The position numbers and the translations under genes are program-made. A DNA stretch of 37,062 bases, from positions 1 through 37,062 of the forward strand of contig CAYUOD010000001.1 of the NCBI GenBank assembly GCA_964446225.1, read 5' to 3'. The notes beneath the pieces are model-generated. The model saw nothing but the letters and a program-made list of their open reading frames with translations, made no database searches and was not told the DNA's origin. How positions within the stretch are numbered: position 1 is the first letter of the stretch; each line of letters starts with the position of its first letter. This stretch comes from an uncultured Acidimicrobiales bacterium (GTDB lineage: Bacteria; Actinomycetota; Acidimicrobiia; Acidimicrobiales; Poriferisodalaceae). Positions 34,941 to 37,062 of the stretch are shown one piece after another.

Positions 34941-36190
34941 CTCACCGTGAGCTTGAGCTCTGTGAGTCCTCTGATCACGAAGGTGGAGTGGTAGCTGGGT
35001 TCTTCGACCAGGTGAAGGTCGGGAAAGCGCTCAGTGAACCCAGCGACTGATCGAGCGAGCTCCTGGCGGGCCAGGGGAGCACCTATGCAGAAGTGGATAC
35101 CCCCGCCAAAGCCAATATGAGCGGAGTCATTGCGGCCAACGTCAAAGGCATCCGGATCATCGAAACGCCGAGGATCACGCTGCGCAGATCCGAATAGCAT
35201 CGCTATCTCGTCACCGATCTTGAGCTTCTGTCCCTGGATCTCGAGATCAGGTTCAAGCACCCATCGTTCGAAGAGTTGCAGAGGCGGATCCCAGCGCAGC
35301 AGTTCCTCGACAGCCGCTGCTGGCTCGACGCTGCCCTCGGTGAGGCGTTCCCACTGATCTCTGTGGTGCATAAGGGCACGGAAGCCGTTGCCGAGCGTGT
35401 TGACCGTGGCTTCATGGCCAGCCTCAAGGAGAACCATCGTGGTCGAGATGATCTCAGCCTCTGTGAGGCTGTCTCCCGCGTCCTCGACCTGCGCGAGCTC
35501 TGAGACAAGCAGGCCATCAGGGCTTCGACGTTTGTGAGCGATGAGGTCCCGTGTGTAGTCGATGTATTCACCGGCAGCCTGGTTCGCCGCTTGTTTGACC
35601 TCCACGGATGCGGAGAGTTCGTACATCTTGACGATGGCGTGAGACCAGTCCAACAGTGATTGTGTATCTGAGGCAGGTACGCCGAGCATCGAGCAGATCA
35701 CCGCCACCGAGTAGGGCTGCGCGTAGTCAGACAACAGGTCAAAGGTGCCACAGTCGGCACAGTCGTCCAGGAGGTCATCAGAGAACTGCGCAATCGGATC
35801 AGCCAACATGGCTATTGCCCTGGGCGTGAAGACCTTGGAGATAAGGCGGCGGATTCTGGTGTGATCGGGTGGTTCCAGACACAGCAGAGACCATTGCTCG
35901 TGTTGGTTAAAGTGCTCCCAGCGCTTGTCTGGAGCGGCCTTTCCCAGTTCCTCGTAGCTGTACTTATGGGCGTAGTCGCGGCCGAGTTTTCTGTTTCGCA
36001 GTGCCGCCGCGACATCCTCGAAACGGGTGAGCATCCACTGCTGGCTGCGCTCGTTCCAGAAGATCGGCGTGGCCTCACGCAGGGCGCCCAAGACTGGGTA
36101 GGGGTCAGCGATGAACGCTGGATCGTCCACCGCCAGCGCGTCAATAAGTCCGTCGAGATCTCTCACTTCCGCTGATCCTAGCTGTGTCAT
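34937..36190 (-). CDS. Cytochrome P450
   Basis: Heme-binding loop FGGGIHFCIGAPLARQE, ExxR (VEELLRW) and I-helix LLEAGHEATVN. ATG 36190 (MTQLGSAEV...) is preferred over the track start 36271. Confidence 0.9.
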   Translation of the reverse strand: MTQLGSAEVRDLDGLIDALAVDDPAFIADPYPVLGALREATPIFWNERSQQWMLTRFEDVAAALRNRKLGRDYAHKYSYEELGKAAPDKRWEHFNQHEQWSLLCLEPPDHTRIRRLISKVFTPRAIAMLADPIAQFSDDLLDDCADCGTFDLLSDYAQPYSVAVICSMLGVPASDTQSLLDWSHAIVKMYELSASVEVKQAANQAAGEYIDYTRDLIAHKRRSPDGLLVSELAQVEDAGDSLTEAEIISTTMVLLEAGHEATVNTLGNGFRALMHHRDQWERLTEGSVEPAAAVEELLRWDPPLQLFERWVLEPDLEIQGQKLKIGDEIAMLFGSAQRDPRRFDDPDAFDVGRNDSAHIGFGGGIHFCIGAPLARQELARSVAGFTERFPDLHLVEEPSYHSTFVIRGLTELKLTVS

Positions 36191-36225
36191 CCGCCAGCAC
36201 AGCCAGCCAGGACTACGATCGGCAT

Positions 36226-36930
36226 GTGGACAATGATGCGGCCCGTATCGGGACCCTCGGCGAGAAGCCACTCCATGCGTCGTTGAAGCGCTGGTGCTCT
36301 GAGCCCGGCGATCGCTTTGAGATCCCCACAGACGGCTATGTGATCGACATCGTCCGCGAGGACCTCCTCATCGAAGTCCAGACCCGCGGCTTCACAGCAA
36401 TGAAGCGCAAGATCCCCGCGCTCCTGGAGTTGGGCCACGACGTGCGGATTGTGCATCCCATCCCAGCAAACAAGTGGATCGTGAAGATCGACCCCTACGG
36501 CACAATCCTGAGCCGGAGACTCTCCCCGAAGCACGGAAGCGCTGTGGATGTCTTCAGCGAATTGGTGAGTTTCCCCGAACTTGTGGATCACCCTCAGCTG
36601 GAGGTTGTCCTCGTCATCATCGACGAGGAAGAATACCGCTTCCATACACCGGACAAGTCGTGGCGCCGCAAGGGCTGGAGCATCAAAGAACGTCGACTCG
36701 TCGATGTGCTCGACTCTGTGCGCATCGCAAGCAGCGACGATCTTTTGGCGTTGCTGCCTTCGGGTTTGCCCAGTCCTTTCACCACCGCCGATCTCGCAAT
36801 AGCTCTGGCGCGCCCACGGCGCCTCGCCCAGCAGATGGCGTACTGTCTGCGAGTCTCCGGTGTGATCGAGGCCAGTGGCAAGAGGGGCAATGCCATCGAG
36901 TACTCGCTCATCGCCCCACCCAACTCATAG
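36226..36930 (+). CDS. Conserved hypothetical protein, possible PD-(D/E)XK nuclease fold
   Basis: GEKPLHASLKRW...GDRFEIPTDGYVIDIVREDLLIEVQTRGFTAMKRK...VRIVHPI has a D...E-x-Q/K-like core. I recall this pattern from uncharacterised actinobacterial and cyanobacterial proteins but cannot name a family. GTG 36226 is preferred over 36184, which overlaps the P450 start. Confidence 0.45.
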   Translation: MDNDAARIGTLGEKPLHASLKRWCSEPGDRFEIPTDGYVIDIVREDLLIEVQTRGFTAMKRKIPALLELGHDVRIVHPIPANKWIVKIDPYGTILSRRLSPKHGSAVDVFSELVSFPELVDHPQLEVVLVIIDEEEYRFHTPDKSWRRKGWSIKERRLVDVLDSVRIASSDDLLALLPSGLPSPFTTADLAIALARPRRLAQQMAYCLRVSGVIEASGKRGNAIEYSLIAPPNS

Positions 36931-37062
36931 ATGCGTAACTGGATCGGCTTGGTTTCCGGCGGCTCTGGCTGCCCGAACTTACGCACCTACGCCTATTTCG
37001 GCCGATGTGCCTCGCTGGGGAGTGAGCTGACAAACTGGCGTCCGATCTGATCGGAGCGTCAA

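Noticed and set aside
1-37062. CRISPR arrays, tRNA/rRNA genes, IS elements, integrases, prophage or toxin-antitoxin modules
   Set aside because: I scanned every intergenic gap (all under 300 nt) and all ORFs. There are no spaced direct repeats, no cloverleaf-like sequences, and no transposase, recombinase or phage motifs.

Overview
High-GC, very gene-dense actinobacterial-type chromosomal segment. The taxonomic guess rests on an LLM/F420-type oxidoreductase, two MMPL transporters (one with a divergent TetR), a PIG-L/LmbE deacetylase, PaaX-like regulators and an LPXTG surface protein. Acidimicrobiia-like is my inference only. I support about 36 protein-coding genes. Many are chained by 1-11 nt start/stop overlaps, and three convergent pairs share a palindromic CTAG double stop. 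I saw no rRNA, tRNA, CRISPR array, transposase, integrase or prophage signal, so this is not an obvious mobile island. Six things stand out. (1) A DUF3179-family exported lipoprotein (17059-18096) is one continuous reading frame except for a single TGA. That TGA sits where the family's conserved CxxC (CPLC) motif should have its first Cys, giving U-I-V-C, and a bulged hairpin starts 13 nt downstream. It is either a selenocysteine candidate or a very recent pseudogene. (2) An unrecognised ~41-aa repeat (GYWLV..DGGVFAFGDA.F.GS), probably a beta-propeller, is fused to an SGNH hydrolase and to an alpha/beta hydrolase in two adjacent secreted proteins. A decayed third copy lies at 30270-30718. (3) A ~60-nt conserved upstream element is shared by two paralogous PLDc_N small-membrane-protein genes 7.8 kb apart. 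It has a TATAGT box, a hairpin with partly compensatory changes, and 15 identical nt abutting the start codon. (4) A 1,100-aa P-loop STAND/LAL-like protein ends in a non-LuxR module and is followed by a PanB homologue lacking its metal-binding motifs. (5) An FGGY kinase is translationally coupled to a sphingosine-1-phosphate-lyase-like PLP enzyme. (6) There are operator-like palindromes upstream of both MMPL genes. All functional calls come from motif recognition by eye; no searches were run.
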